From positions 21,044,798-21,080,982 of the forward strand of contig NC_068991.1 of assembly GCF_001194135.2 (NCBI RefSeq): DNA of 36,185 bases, in the 5' to 3' direction. This document shows positions 24,106 to 35,894 of this stretch, piece after piece; within the stretch, counting starts at the first letter, position 1; each line of letters starts with the position of its first letter. The notes beneath the pieces are model-generated. The model was not told the origin of the DNA and did no database searches. It worked only from the letters and a program-made list of their open reading frames with translations. A program made the translations under genes and the position numbers. The DNA comes from Octopus bimaculoides (Eukaryota).

Positions 24106-27100
24106 ATATATATATATATATATATATACACATACACCCATATACCAACCAAACATATATACGATGTTATGACCGATCGTTAAAGCGCTCCACATTAATT
24201 AGCGTACATAATAAGAACAATATACTGCATTATACCAGTTTAAGACCGTTATATGATGCATTTTCTTCATCATCGCTTTCTTCATTTACAGGAGACGTAA
24301 TTCTAATATAAGTAGCAATGAATTATCTCCCCTCCGAACAGTTTTCTATTATATTATAATAACTAAATATGGAGGTAAATAAATCTACACACCTTCGATA
24401 CATCTGCTATCGTTGAAAGATTATTATTATTGTCGTTACTGTTGCTGCTGTTGTTGCTTTTATAATTATTATTGAGTAATAGAGCAGTGCATGCCATCAT
24501 GAGTACCCGTCTGATAAAAGTAAACCAGGCACAATGTCTGTGCGACATGGTGATCTCATATCAAGATAAACAGCGCATAGCCTTGCAGTTGGAGCTCAGT
24601 TAGAATTTTTTTTAGGTCGAGTAGCCCATCCCGCTCAAAAGGTCCCTAAATGAGAGTTGTTTGTGACTGTTGAACGAAACATCAGTGTTTCCAGAGGTGA
24701 ATTATTCAAACCCCAAAGAATTCCTCTCAACACATTGATATGATGCTACCCCACTACTTCTGCTCGTGATCAGAGATTTACATAACCACCGCCATCACAA
24801 AAGCCAACCCCACAAAACAAATTCTTCATACGTAACACGTGCAAATTCAGCCGCCGCCACCACCACTACCAACATTAACAGTAATACAGTTGCTGAATGT
24901 GACAAAAACCACAAATCATGCGTTAATGGTTTCGCAGCTGCGATGCAACAACCCCCCAAAAATATAAATCTGTCGATAGGCGAGTTTTAAAGAGACAAAG
25001 AGTATTTTTAAAAGAAATGGAGCAGGATTACTCTTGACACTCCTGAAACCCTTGTATAGAACACTCTGAGAAAAAGAATAACATACAAGAGAACAGTAGT
25101 AGAATGTCGCATATAAGAATGGGCAATACAGCAACAAATTGAAACGTGTCAACGTTTTGTGTGCGTCACGAAAACTTACGTTGCAAGAGGGAAGTAATAT
25201 GGCATTGTCGAAGTAGGATTTGCCACAGAGGAGAAGGCAAGGAAACACTCTATTTTGACATTTAAAAATGAAGACCTGTTTCTAGTGCCCTGGGTCGCTC
25301 AGGAGCAAAAAATTTTTAAAAAACGGATTTATGCACCAGAAATAGACATCTGCTGCTTGGTGGAAGCTGTCCTGGACATACAGGACAAAACAAATGTCCC
25401 AGAGGTGCGGAAACTGCAGTAACGAAACTGGTTGGGGCAAGACTTGAAGTTGTGGGTTCAGATGGATCACGGAAGTCTATAGAGTAATCCCGGATCTCAT
25501 TGGGATACGAAACGTCCTAACAAATCTGTGCTGGCTATAACTTTTATAGATAATCTGTAGAGGTAACCTGAAAAAGTGTTTTCATAGCACTCCTAACATA
25601 GTAGGATACAGTTATAAAAATTAACACTTCCTTCTCCAAGCCTAGATTCGAAACCGAATCTAAGAATTCTCGGTCGTCCAAACCACCACAATCAACAGGT
25701 GCGAATACAGGTTTTCTTTGTCCGGTCAAAAAGTGATTGATGATCTCCCTTTAACCTTCGACCTCATAGATGTCAAGCGAAGTTCAAATGGACAGGAGCT
25801 GACCTATTTAGGTACAAACTCTGCTGCAGTATGTCTGTCCTTCTAGCTGCCACGATTCTTATAAATAGAATGGTCAACAAGACACCAAGACAGACAGACA
25901 GACGGAGACTGTGATGCTCGCAGACGGAACCAGTGCTCTGCTACTATCAAACAGAGATATTTGCCGTGCTCTTCAAGATGAAAGAACGAACACACACACA
26001 TACACACGAACATATGTAGTCTTCGGGTACATCAACTCTAGATGTATCCTGGTTCCATCATTTTTCTAGCAACTCGAAGCAAGTTGCCAAAATTGAATGT
26101 AGTGGCAAATATTATTTATTAACACCAGCAAATAAAAATGTTATAGTTGAACCAGTTATCATTTTGTCATTTCACAGGCAAACACATGCCTATCGCACCG
26201 ACACTAAACAAAAACATACCACATTTTGGTGACTCCACTACACAGTATTGACTTACAAGCTGTTAATATACTTCGTATTATGTTATGGTTGCATAGCAAA
26301 ATACAGCGTCTATACAAGTAATTTTATCAAGAATAGAATTTGGTTTCTTGTTTCTTGTTATACGAGTGTATGTACTGCAATCCATGGTGTCTGTGATATA
26401 GGTCTATTAGGCTTCAGTTTTGTATAATATATGTATAAAGTATAATATATGTATAATATATGTATAATATATGTATAAAGTTTTGTATAATATATGTTGA
26501 GCGAGCTGTGTTCTTTTAGATTATTAAGTGCTTAAAGTATAAGGCGTGAGCTGTGTGACATGATTGTTTTGTTTGAGTTAGTCTATTGATTCGATAGTGT
26601 CTTGCACAAGTTATCATCATCATCATTAAAAAATGTAATGAAATGTTGTTAATGTGTGTGTGCATGTATGAATGCATATAAATGTGTTTATGGGTGCATG
26701 AATGCGTCTAATGCAAAATAGAAATACGGTACTTACAAGAAATCCACAAGAAAATATCCCGAGAGGATAACATTAACCAAGAATAACGTATTCCAACTGT
26801 AATCCTTCAACATGTAGCCTATCAAACCGGAAGAAGACGTAAAAATACCCCAAATAAACATAAACGCACAAGACATAATAATTCGTCTTTCCTTCGGGTA
26901 TAATTCACAAATCAATGTTACAGAGGTAAGAATATATACCTGCAAAGAACAAACAGTGAAGAAAATTTCGAACTTAAATAGAAGGGCGCAAGATATTGCA
27001 AATAGTTCATATATCTTCTGAAACAGTAAGTATGGACAAAGATTGAAACAATAACGTGAATCATTATAGGATAGAATTAAACATTATATATACATACATA

Positions 27101-30100
27101 TANNNNNNNNNNNNNNNNNNNNNNNNNNNNNNNNNNNNNNNNNNNNNNNNNNNNNNNNNNNNNNNNNNNNNNNNNNNNNNNNNNNNNNNNNNNNNNNNNN
27201 NNNNNNNNNNNNNNNNNNNNNNNNNNNNNNNNNNNNNNNNNNNNNNNNNNNNNNNNTATATTGTTTTGTGTGTATGTATCCTGAATTATGGACAACTGAC
27301 TCTGCTTTTCGCCTTTCGAACAGATCGCAAAGTTTGAAAGGATGTTAGAGGATGTTCTTTTCTGCTCTAGGTACAAGGCCCGAAATTTTTTTTGGTGAGG
27401 GGAGCAGTCGATTAGATAGACCCCAGTACGCGACTGGTGCTTAATTTATCGACCTCGAAAGGATTAAAGGCGAAGTCGAGCTCAGCGGAATTTGAACTCA
27501 GAACGTAAAGACAGACGAAATAACGCTAAGCATTTCGCCCGGCGTGGATATTACCAGTACATTTTTGTATGTAAGAACAAGGTTTGAGGGAAAAAGTTGC
27601 GGCTGTAAAATTGAATTACATTTACATACAAATTTAACCCATTGTTGCTACCATAACTGAAGTAGCGTAACAAATAAACAATGCTTTGAACGCCATGTAA
27701 ACCCATGACTCACAATGAAATGAATTTCAAGCTTCCTCCGACGATCTGGTGTTTCGACATATGCAACTGTTTACGTAACTATTATTGCATAACGTACCAC
27801 TATTCGCAAGTGAAACTGATGTAAGTTTAATTCAAGATGTTGAAATAACAAAACTTAAACCAAGGCTCCTGTTTTATTCTACTCTCAGGTATATACAAAT
27901 ATATAAATATTTATAAATGGCCTATAATAAGGAAGAAATAGTGACAATAAACGTAATAAGATGTAGCGGATTATGGATTCTGTATGCGTAGATTGAAACA
28001 AAAACGATTAAAATCTTGCGTGAATAATATTGGGAGAAATAGCTAGAATAAACAATAAATTCATTAAGTAACTGACGTAACAGATTTATAAATAAAAAGA
28101 TAAAAATTCAAAAGAGAAAGTCAACAGTAAATACTTAAAAGTTATTAAATATCCGAGATTGCCAGAAATATGAGGTGAAAATACAGAGCTATACGGCAGA
28201 CAAAACTAAATACATCTATACACACACACGCACACGCACACGCACTCACACACATACAAACGCACATGCACATACACTCACACACACATATGCATACACA
28301 CCCTTTAATTGATTAATGAAAACATTACATCAATTTGAAAGAAACCGTTCTCGTCTGATGACCGACTCTCAAATAGTAACAATACAGTCAGCATAGCTAA
28401 CGGAACCAATAAACTGCAGATGAACCACCAAGTATCCCAAATTCAAACACTACTAGTTGATAGCATAACATCGAATGATATAATCTGAGGCAGTAGGGTT
28501 AATATAAATATAAGTAATACTATCTATTAAAATAACACGAATAATGGTGGCATAACACTTGATAATACTTCTACGAATTCGAGCAGTACCTCGAATGGCG
28601 ACGCTATAAACATTGATAATAGGGTAAGTAATGCTAATAATAATAATCACAGTTGAAATTGTAGGGAAAGATCCCAATGCCCGTCATTAGGTCAGTGTTT
28701 AGCAGGTAATATTATATATAGATGTGCAGTAATGACGGAAGCTAGCAACTTCACTTACATCAGGTACTCGGTAATTATGAAAAAAAAACCCGCTTGAATA
28801 ACCATTTTTCGTTCTTTAGACTTAGGAATAAAGCCAGCAGTACCTCATTATCTACGAAAATCTGGAAACATATAGATAGTAATATTAAATTCAGCCTAAA
28901 ATGGGATATAGTCCGTAGAGCTCAGTCGTACAGAATTAGTGGTATGGTTGTGAACAATGTTGTATGGAGATATATGAAATACTGAAATATAGAGATAAAC
29001 AAAACCTAATTAATAATAAATTAGATCTTAGAATATCATGTGTTCATAGGATTACTCGTACCTTTAAATGCTTTAGAAGCAGGTAATAATAAGTATATCA
29101 TACTGTAATTTGGTAGCACGAGTTATCTGGGGTGTCATGTCATTCATAGCATATCCTCTGTTATCTCGAAATCTATTTAGTTTTCTTTTCTAATAACCCG
29201 TAACCTCTTTGATCTATAAACTTTCAAGTTAGTATAACATATAAATTTTACAATGGATTACTAAATCTCGCACCTCCTCTAAGTATAAGGTATACTCCCT
29301 AAGATCTGTTATTATTCTACCTAGATCAATGACTTTGATGTATTTTAGGAATATTTTATAAACCCATTTTCAAAGGTATCTTTATTTTTATTTCCGTTAA
29401 TGTTTGATACATATTTATTTTTTTTATTTCATATTGTATTAATAATAATATGTCTAAGAATTCTTTTCGATATACCAATATAATTTATATTATAATTTTA
29501 AAATAATTCTTATTTTATTTTATTTTAATTTGTCGTTATTTTTATTTCTGTTATACCTTTTATATCGTTCTGTAAAGAAATATTTTATGAACTTTTTATA
29601 TTTTATATTATTAAATTAATATATATATATATATATATANNNNNNNNNNNNNNNNNNNNNNNNNNNNNNNNNNNNNNNNNNNNNNNNNNNNNNNNNNNNN
29701 NNNNNNNNNNNNNNNNNNNNNNNNNNNNNNNNNNNNNNNNNNNNNNNNNNNNNNNNNNNNNNNNNNNNNNNNNNNNNNNNNNNNNNNNNNNNNNNNNNNN
29801 NNNNNNNNNNNNNNNNNNNNNNNNNNNNNNNNNNNNNNNNNNNNNNNNNNNNNNNNNNNNNNNNNNNNNNNNNNNNNNNNNNNNNNNNNNNNNNNNNNNN
29901 NNNNNNNNNNNNNNNNNNNNNNNNNNNNNNNNNNNNNNNNNNNNNNNNNNNNNNNNNNNNNNNNNNNNNNNNNNNNNNNNNNNNNNNNNNNNNNNNNNNN
30001 NNNNNNNNNNNNNNNNNNNNNNNNNNNNNNNNNNNNNNNNNNNNNNNNNNNNNNNNNNNNNNNNNNNNNNNNNNNNNNNNNNNNNNNNNNNNNNNNNNNN

Positions 30101-30444
30101 NNNNNNNNNNNNNNNNNNNNNNNNNNNNNNNNNNNNNNNNNNNNNNNNNNNNNNNNNNNNNNNNNNNNNNNNNNNNNNNNNNNNNNNNNNNNNNNNNNNN
30201 NNNNNNNNNNNNNNNNNNNNNNNNNNNNNNNNNNNNNNNNNNNNNNNNNNNNNNNNNNNNNNNNNNNNNNNNNNNNNNNNNNNNNNNNNNNNNNNNNNNN
30301 NNNNNNNNNNNNNNNNNNNNNNNNNNNNNNNNNNNNNNNNNNNNNNNNNNNNNNNNNNNNNNNNNNNNNNNNNNNNNNNNNNNNNNNNNNNNNNNNNNNN
30401 NNNNNNNNNNNNNNNNNNNNNNNNNNNNNNNNNNNNNNNNNNNN

Positions 30445-30481
<37 letters not shown>

Positions 30482-30509
30482 ATGTATATACATACACACA
30501 TACACCCAC

Positions 30510-30559
<50 letters not shown>

Positions 30560-33418
30560 TATATATAATTTATAATGATGAAGTCAAACGAAATAATGAT
30601 ACATTAAAAGCAGATCTTGCGTAATATTTAATAGGAAATATTTCCATTTATACAAGACTTTCTTCTGTTGATAAATTTTGAAATATGAAACATCTGGTGG
30701 AAATAGTTCAGTGTCTTTTATGTATGCGTGAGTGTCAGTGTGTGTGTGTTTGTGTGTGTGTGTGTATGTGTATTAGTAATACTAGTGAAATTGGTTATCA
30801 AGTTAGGCGGAAGAATATGTAAAGAGAGATAAAAGGAAGAGAGAAGAGAGATAAACAGAAAGAAAGAAAAGGGAGACAGCAAAGGTGAGAGAAAGTGGGA
30901 TATAAAAGGAAGGAGAGGGGAGAGAGATGGGAGAGAGAGGAAAGGCGAGTAAGTGAGAGAAGAGGAAAAAAAGCTGACAAGTGTGTAAAACGGGGTAAGG
31001 CGCGACAGTCAGGCGGAAATATATAACGGAGGCGGTGTAAGCATTCGCCACCGCTGCCCGACCTTTCAAAGGGAGCTTTCTCTCGGCTCATCCCTGGGTG
31101 AAGTTAGCTTCGCTGCTCGTCACTTCATCCCAGTCCTTCTCGAATTTGCTAATCTGGTCTCTGCAAGCTTGGTATGCCGAGAGTAACGAGTTCAGCTTCC
31201 AGTATGCAGTTCTCTACCAAAGAATTCGTCAGTGCAGCTCACAAATTTGTGGTCTGTGCAGCGGACAATTTAAAAACGTGGACAGATATATATGTATATA
31301 TATATATATAAAACAAATAATAAATTATGCATATATACGTACAAGTATGTGCATACCTACATCTACCTGTATATATAGGTGCATATCTGGGTACAGGACG
31401 TTGCAAACAAAACGTAGACAAAAAAAAATATTATAATAACCAGAGTACAGAAAACACACAGGCCAATTAAGGAACATTTTTCTTTCATCAGCTGCCACCA
31501 TTATAACACAGGCGTTTCGAAGAGTTAGCAACAGACAGACAGATAGATAGATAGATAGATAGACAGTGTGCATGGCAAATAGATCGGTAGGCCTGTATAT
31601 GTGTGTATGCACTCATATCTCTCATATATATTGGTGGTTGTTAAAGTGTAGTTTTGTGTGTTTGTGTATTTGTATATTTGGGTAAGGAAGATGTTTAATA
31701 GTATTACCTCACGAACTCCTCCAATCAAAAATCTCATTGTTGCAAACAGCCAATAAGACGGAGAATATGCTGCGATTAAGTTCAAGACCACAAGCAAAAT
31801 GTTACTTGACACTCTCGTAGGTTTTCGTCCGAATTTTTCTATCAAACATGGTGCCAACAGACCACTGATCACTTGACCCAAAGTATAAACCGTTTGAGTT
31901 GATTCAGCCAATCCTACATTGTTGCAGACCAGGTCCCACTGTAAAAATAAACATACTATAAAGTGAACGGCGAATTACTTGGTTCATGTGTTGAGTTCAA
32001 ATTTTGTCTGTATATTACTTTTTTATGACAGAGAAAATTTCTAAGAGAGACTATTTCCCCAAGTAAATCTGTGATATGTAATGTAAAGCTAGGAAAAAGC
32101 TACAAATGTTCACATTCATATGTTAACTCATCTTCCGAAGCGGTTTATTATGCAGTGTATGGACAAAAGTTATTTAAGACTTGCGTTTGAAAATATTAAT
32201 TTGTCAATGAGTTGATTGACTATAAATATGTAAAAGATTTACTTTCCTTAGGACACATGTTCTCTCAAGTTATATTCATTTGTATCTTGTCCAATTCTCT
32301 AACGGTTTTTTTCAAATGAATCACGTCATAACCTTATCCATCTATTGTTTTCATACTCGGTCATAATGTCTTACGTTTAAGATGATTCCCATGCTTTCCC
32401 TGATGAGAAGGTTACAATTTTAATATCACAGATCCCTATGGATCACATAGGTTGTAATCCTTTGAAACATATGTAGGAATAAAGTATGCAATTATAACAT
32501 GCGTTTTCTCCATTCCTTAAATTTTTAAATATACTCAAATACCCAAAATTTCAAGGAGTTCCTGCCTTAAAAACAGGAACAACACCAAAGTTATTTTGTG
32601 TTCTTTGCTACATTGGTTTCTATTAACCCATTTATTCNNNNNNNNNNNNNNNNNNNNNNNNNNNNNNNNNNNNNNNNNNNNNNNNNNNNNNNNNNNNNNN
32701 NNNNNNNNNNNNNNNNNNNNNNNNNNNNNNNNNNNNNNNNNNNNNNNNNNNNNNNNNNNNNNNNNNNNNNNNNNNNNNNNNNNNNNNNNNNNNNNNNNNN
32801 NNNNNNNNNNNNNNNNNNNTATATAATTGCAGCGTGGAAGGTGTTTATAAGCCATTTAAGAAACACACAAAACTGTTACATTCACTTGAAGTGAATCTAA
32901 CGGTTTTTGTGTTTCTTAAATGCCTATAAAGACCCTTCCATGCTGCACTTGTTTTCTCAGATCAGGTCGCTTGCTATGTATGTATGTATGTATGTATGTA
33001 TGTATGTATGTATGTATGTATGCATGTATGTATGTATGTATGAATTTGTCTTATTTACAGTTATTTTCAATGCCCTTTTATACGTTAAAAAATAATAGAC
33101 AACATTATACATTCTTGACAGCAGTCAGAACACAGAGATGACATAAACTTGAGATGAACACCTATCAGTTCTTAACAACAATTTAATACGGTAATAGAAC
33201 TCAACCTACCTGTGACACTATAGACTTCTCAACTGGTGTGGTATAGTAATAACCATCCAGACAGTCCAGAGTTCGATTTTCGGTAGTAAGCCCACCATCG
33301 GTAATGATGATGTCTATGGAGCATTTATCATATATCAAACTGGCTTCATTAATCGATATGTTGTATTGATTGAGCTGAAACTCTGTCAGATTATTACATC
33401 TGTATTCAGGGGTGATGG
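13796..33418 (-). CDS. Gene B: SLC22-family MFS transporter, paralogue of gene A: complement join(33418..33210,31938..31708,26939..26737,23629..23309,20777..20643,17233..17148,15755..15635,14987..14915,13966..13796); first exon (Met/TM1) not found
   Basis: Nine exons with canonical splice sites join in one open frame. The product has the extracellular-loop cysteines, SIVSQWDLVC, EKFGRKP, ESLRWL, EIYPTRIR and LPET, and stops at TAA 13798-13796. Confidence 0.94.
14915..14987 (-). CDS. Gene B exon: TM11
   Basis: tattgtag|a ... ttg|gtaaga; 73 nt. Reads (R)TFGSGFVTTFMRFVCMVSPFLKLL. Confidence 0.94.
15635..15755 (-). CDS. Gene B exon: TM10 and EIYPT motif
   Basis: tctttcag|ag ... cg|gtaaag; 121 nt. 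Reads (E)SSKATEYAILILYTLATAQVSAASCGDLIYTSEIYPTRI(R). Confidence 0.94.
17148..17233 (-). CDS. Gene B exon: loop 8-9 and TM9
   Basis: tttatag|a ... g|gtaatt; 86 nt. Reads (R)FGHKISLHFLKTLATVFLVSVSLLKLLA. Confidence 0.93.
18873..18952. repeat. (GAA)n microsatellite
   Basis: Seen directly; about 26 perfect units. Confidence 0.98.
20173..20404 (+). mobile_element. SINE family B (full length)
   Basis: ggcgagctggcagaaac..ttagc head, gagttcaaattcc B box, core tttcatcctttcgggg..taaattaagtaccag..ctggggtcgatgtaatcgact, tail ccccttgtgggcaataaagaaataag. Confidence 0.88.
20643..20777 (-). CDS. Gene B exon: TM7-TM8
   Basis: ttcaatag|g ... ag|gtgagc; 135 nt. Reads (M)AVNVTAWNSIVQMLEVLVGNMYLNFSLMSMFDTVSVGVYTVIAK(R). 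Confidence 0.93.
21108..22332 (-). mobile_element. Full-length (1225 bp) Tc1-type DNA transposon with decayed DD36E transposase
   Basis: TIRs cagagtttggacaaaataatggaagc and gtttccattattttgtccaacccctg, each flanked by TA (21106-21107, 22333-22334). Transposase pieces: MIDLSDFQSGRIV..SGRKPKLS, FSDES (D at 21741-21739), VKHGGESVMIWG, FQDDNAPIH (D at 21466-21464), WPPQPPDLNIIEHLW (E at 21355-21353). Frameshifts and a premature stop. Confidence 0.93.
22650..22766 (-). mobile_element. SINE family B 3' fragment
   Basis: gattacatcgactcc..caactggtacttattttatcgacccgaaaggat matches the reverse complement of the family B core. Confidence 0.75.
22833..23039 (-). mobile_element. SINE family B (older, diverged copy) with ~14-bp TSD
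   Basis: Head (rc ggcggcgagcaggtagaatcgg) at the right end. Flanked by taactgttaaagta at 22819-22832 and 23040-23053. Confidence 0.8.
23059..23268 (-). mobile_element. SINE family B with 18-bp TSD
   Basis: Well-conserved head and core. Flanked by aactgttaaagtaatatc at 23041-23058 and 23271-23288. Confidence 0.88.
23309..23629 (-). CDS. Gene B exon: ESLRWL motif and cytoplasmic loop
   Basis: tgttacag|t ... at|gtaagt; 321 nt. Reads FLEESLRWLFANSKIKAAKKIIKKAAKQN...FKSSYLRKVTIVLSIE. Homologous to 409-744. Confidence 0.95.
24560..24785. repeat. Probable interspersed repeat, family unassigned
   Basis: GC-richer, non-coding block in an AT-rich intron that resembles octopus interspersed repeats from recall only. 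No second copy in the window. Confidence 0.35.
25190..25470 (+). mobile_element. Possible decayed non-LTR retrotransposon ORF1-like fragment
   Basis: Reads GIVEVGFATEEKARKHSILTFKNEDLFLVPWVAQEQKIFKKRIYAPEIDICCLVEAVLDIQ.. with an internal stop, no splice support, and antisense to gene B. Family call is weak. Confidence 0.3.
26737..26939 (-). CDS. Gene B exon: TM4 end to TM6
   Basis: ctttgcag|gta ... tt|gtaagt; 203 nt. Reads VYILTSVTLICELYPKERRIIMSCAFMFIWGIFTSSSGLIGYMLKDYSWNTLFLVNVILSGYFLVDF(F). Confidence 0.94.
27355..27545 (-). mobile_element. SINE family B, 5'-truncated
   Basis: Reverse complement matches the family B body (cgggcgaaatgcttagcg..ctgagttcaaattcc..aattaagcaccag..ctggggtc). A-box end missing. 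Confidence 0.85.
28480..29070 (+). mobile_element. Decayed Penelope-like element (PLE): Asn/Ser-rich linker and GIY-YIG endonuclease domain
   Basis: Three frameshifted pieces: *NCRERSQCPSLGQCLAGNIIYRCAVMTEASNFTYIRY; RLNNHFSFFRLRNKASSTSLSTKIWKH..KFSLKWDIV..Y; CEQCCMEIYEILKY..NLINNKLDLRISCVHR. These match the PLE pattern CNC..CP..G.C...IIY..YIG..R..NH..LS..IW..W..C..C..E...CxH. Confidence 0.85.
30985..31262 (-). mobile_element. Tx1/L1-like LINE reverse transcriptase C-terminal fragment
   Basis: RRDWDEVTSSEANFTQG*AERKLPLKGRAAVANAYTASVIYFRLTVAPYP resembles the W..R.LS..GR......S...Y motif that follows the RT domain of L1/Tx1 ORF2. Internal stop. Confidence 0.6.
31708..31938 (-). CDS. Gene B exon: WDLVC, TM2-TM4
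   Basis: ttttacag|tgg ... gag|gtaata; 231 nt. Reads WDLVCNNVGLAESTQTVYTLGQVISGLLAPCLIEKFGRKPTRVSSNILLVVLNLIAAYSPSYWLFATMRFLIGGVRE. Confidence 0.96.
32975..33042. repeat. (TATG)n microsatellite; many other (TA)n, (CA)n, (GA)n and (TCTA)n tracts occur, e.g. 1220-1281, 2084-2135, 18057-18110, 35400-35480, 35600-35650, and nearly all N-gaps are bordered by them
   Basis: Seen directly in the sequence. Confidence 0.97.
33210..33418 (-). CDS. Gene B exon: large extracellular loop 1
   Basis: tgtttcacag|cc ... cag|gtaggt; 209 nt. Reads ITPEYRCNNLTEFQLNQYNISINEASLIYDKCSIDIIITDGGLTTENRTLDCLDGYYYTTPVEKSIVSQ, with 3 Cys and sequons NLT, NIS, NRT. Joins in phase 0 to WDLVC. Confidence 0.92.
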
Positions 33419-35396
33419 CTGTGAAACAAGGCGGAGTAAGTGAGCTAAGTATAATATCATATGATCAGTTCACTTATAATTTGTTTAAATAATAGATAAA
33501 GTTTCAATTTTACTTCTAAATTTTTATAAATAGCGGAAGTGCTAAACGATACACATCTATACATCCAAACATACAAATATACGTTTATGCACATATGAGT
33601 TTGTGTTTTTGTGCATACGTCTTTTAAAAAGTACGTGTATATATACATATATATATATATCCATATATATATNNNNNNNNNNNNNNNNNNNNNNNNNNNN
33701 NNNNNNNNNNNNNNNNNNNNNNNNNNNNNNNNNNNNNNNNNNNNNNNNNNNNNNNNNNNNNNNNNNNNNNNNNNNNNNNNNNNNNNNNNNNNNNNNNNNN
33801 NNNNNNNNNNNNNNNNNNNNNNNNNNNNNNNNNNNNNNNNNNNNNNNNNNNNNNNNNNNNNNNNNNNNNNNNNNNNNNNNNNNNNNNNNNNNNNNNNNNN
33901 NNNNNNNNNNNNNNNNNNNNNNNNNNNNNNNNNNNNNNNNNNNNNNNNNNNNNNNNNNNNNNNNNNNNNNNNNNNNNNNNNNNNNNNNNNNNNNNNNNNN
34001 NNNNNNNNNNNNNNNNNNNNNNNNNNNNNNNNNNNNNNNNNNNNNNNNNNNNNNNNNNNNNNNNNNNNNNNNNNNNNNNNNNNNNNNNNNNNNNNNNNNN
34101 NNNNNNNNNNNNNNNNNNNNNNNNNNNNNNNNNNNNNNNNNNNNNNNNNNNNNNNNNNNNNNNNNNNNNNNNNNNNNNNNNNNNNNNNNNNNNNNNNNNN
34201 NNNNNNNNNNNNNNNNNNNNNNNNNNNNNNNNNNNNNNNNNNNNNNNNNNNNNNNNNNNNNNNNNNNNNNNNNNNNNNNNNNNNNNNNNNNNNNNNNNNN
34301 NNNNNNNNNNNNNNNNNNNNNNNNNNNNNNNNNNNNNNNNNNNNNNNNNNNNNNNNNNNNNNNNNNNNNNNNNNNNNNNNNNNNNNNNNNNNNNNNNNNN
34401 NNNNNNNNNNNNNNNNNNNNNNNNNNNNNNNNNNNNGAAGAAGCCGAAGCAGCAGGCCGCAATTTATTCTCAAGACCGCAATTTAGTCACACGCAGTCTC
34501 TTCCAGAGTTTTGTTGCTAATTTAGTTCTTAACCAAATTGAAAACTATTAATGTTGTTGAAGAGGGCTGATCACTAGTTACATTTTGGCATTAAAAAACA
34601 TTGAGATTTGGTCCAGTAGAAAAAAGTTTACTTCAAAATTTGTAGCCACGTCTTTGGAGAGTAGGTAACGCCTCCAATCAAGTTTAGATCTAAATATTTT
34701 TTTTATTTTAAAAGCAAAATATATTTATCTTAGCTTCAATGATAGAAGAAAGCATGAGGAATATAATAGTTTTTATCCCATGCAACAAAAATTTGTATCC
34801 AAAGAGTTGTGAAGTAAAATATCACGAAAAAAGAATATAAGTAAGGCAAAAAATTAGATTTAAGTATAATTAACTTTTTTTCATTTTAAAGACAAACTAT
34901 ATTTTAATTAAGCTTAAATGATTGAGCTCAATTCGAGGAATTTCATGGTATCAATTTCATGCAATGAAGTTTTAAAAGAAAAAAAGTTATAAGTGTTTGT
35001 TTCTCAAATTTGAGGGTAGTAATATATTTCTTTTAATATATGTCACCAGCATCAATGTGGTAAAGAAAAAAGTAGTTTAATTACGTCATCTACTTTAATT
35101 AATGCAATAATATCATAAAAATGAAAGAAACTTAAAATATTATTTAGAAATTTTGGTAATAGCCTAGCCATTTTGGCAATCTTTGGTTTCAACTCGAAGG
35201 CGTGTGAGCGCAACTTAGCTGTTACATTACGGCGTTCGGTAAATTCCATAAAAAAATGTTATTTATTTATTTTTGTGAGTAGAAATGTACCTTTTGTTTG
35301 AAGTCAGAATAAAGTGAATGAGAGGAAATGGACATAGATGTATGTGTTGATGAGGGATGCGAGACAGAAAGTCTGTGTTGTGTGTGTATGTGTGTG

Positions 35397-35465
<69 letters not shown>

Positions 35466-35596
35466 GAGAGAGAGAGAGTGTGTGTGTGACAGCGTACATT
35501 TTTTTTTATTTTTTCGCATCATTTTTCAGTGAATGTGTGAGTGATTGACTGAGAGAGAGAAGGAGGGAGAGAAAGAGAGGGTGAATGTGTGTGTTG

Positions 35597-35657
<61 letters not shown>

Positions 35658-35894
35658 GTGTGACAAAGCGAGAAAGAGTGAGAGAGAGAGAGAATGACAG
35701 CGTAAATTTTACTTAGCTACTTATACATACATGCAAAATATTATCATGAGAACACACACCTTTACTAAACGAATGACTTTTCTCTCTCCATCACTCGCAC
35801 ACATAAAAAAACATGTTTGCATATGTATTTGTACAGGTATGTGTGTACGACAGATAATGGGTGCACGTATGTGTTTGACTGCGTGTGACTGATT

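Noticed and set aside
25540-25980. Minus-strand P..CGGL motif as a LINE RT fragment
   Set aside because: A single short motif with stops in all frames is not enough to assign a family.
26420-26497. Short periodic repeats (tgtataatata units) as a CRISPR-like array
   Set aside because: Low-complexity minisatellite without unique spacers, in a eukaryotic intron.
28330-28410. CTGATGA upstream of the Penelope fragment
   Set aside because: No properly spaced GAAA or helix II; not a supportable ribozyme.
31440-31530. Minus-strand CGAAACG and CTGATGA motifs suggesting a second hammerhead
   Set aside because: The motifs are in permuted order and I could not build helices I-III around them.
35052-35249. 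Minus-strand 65-aa ORF as candidate first exon of gene B
   Set aside because: No TM1 or FG..Q motif, ends in a stop, and has no phase-1 donor.
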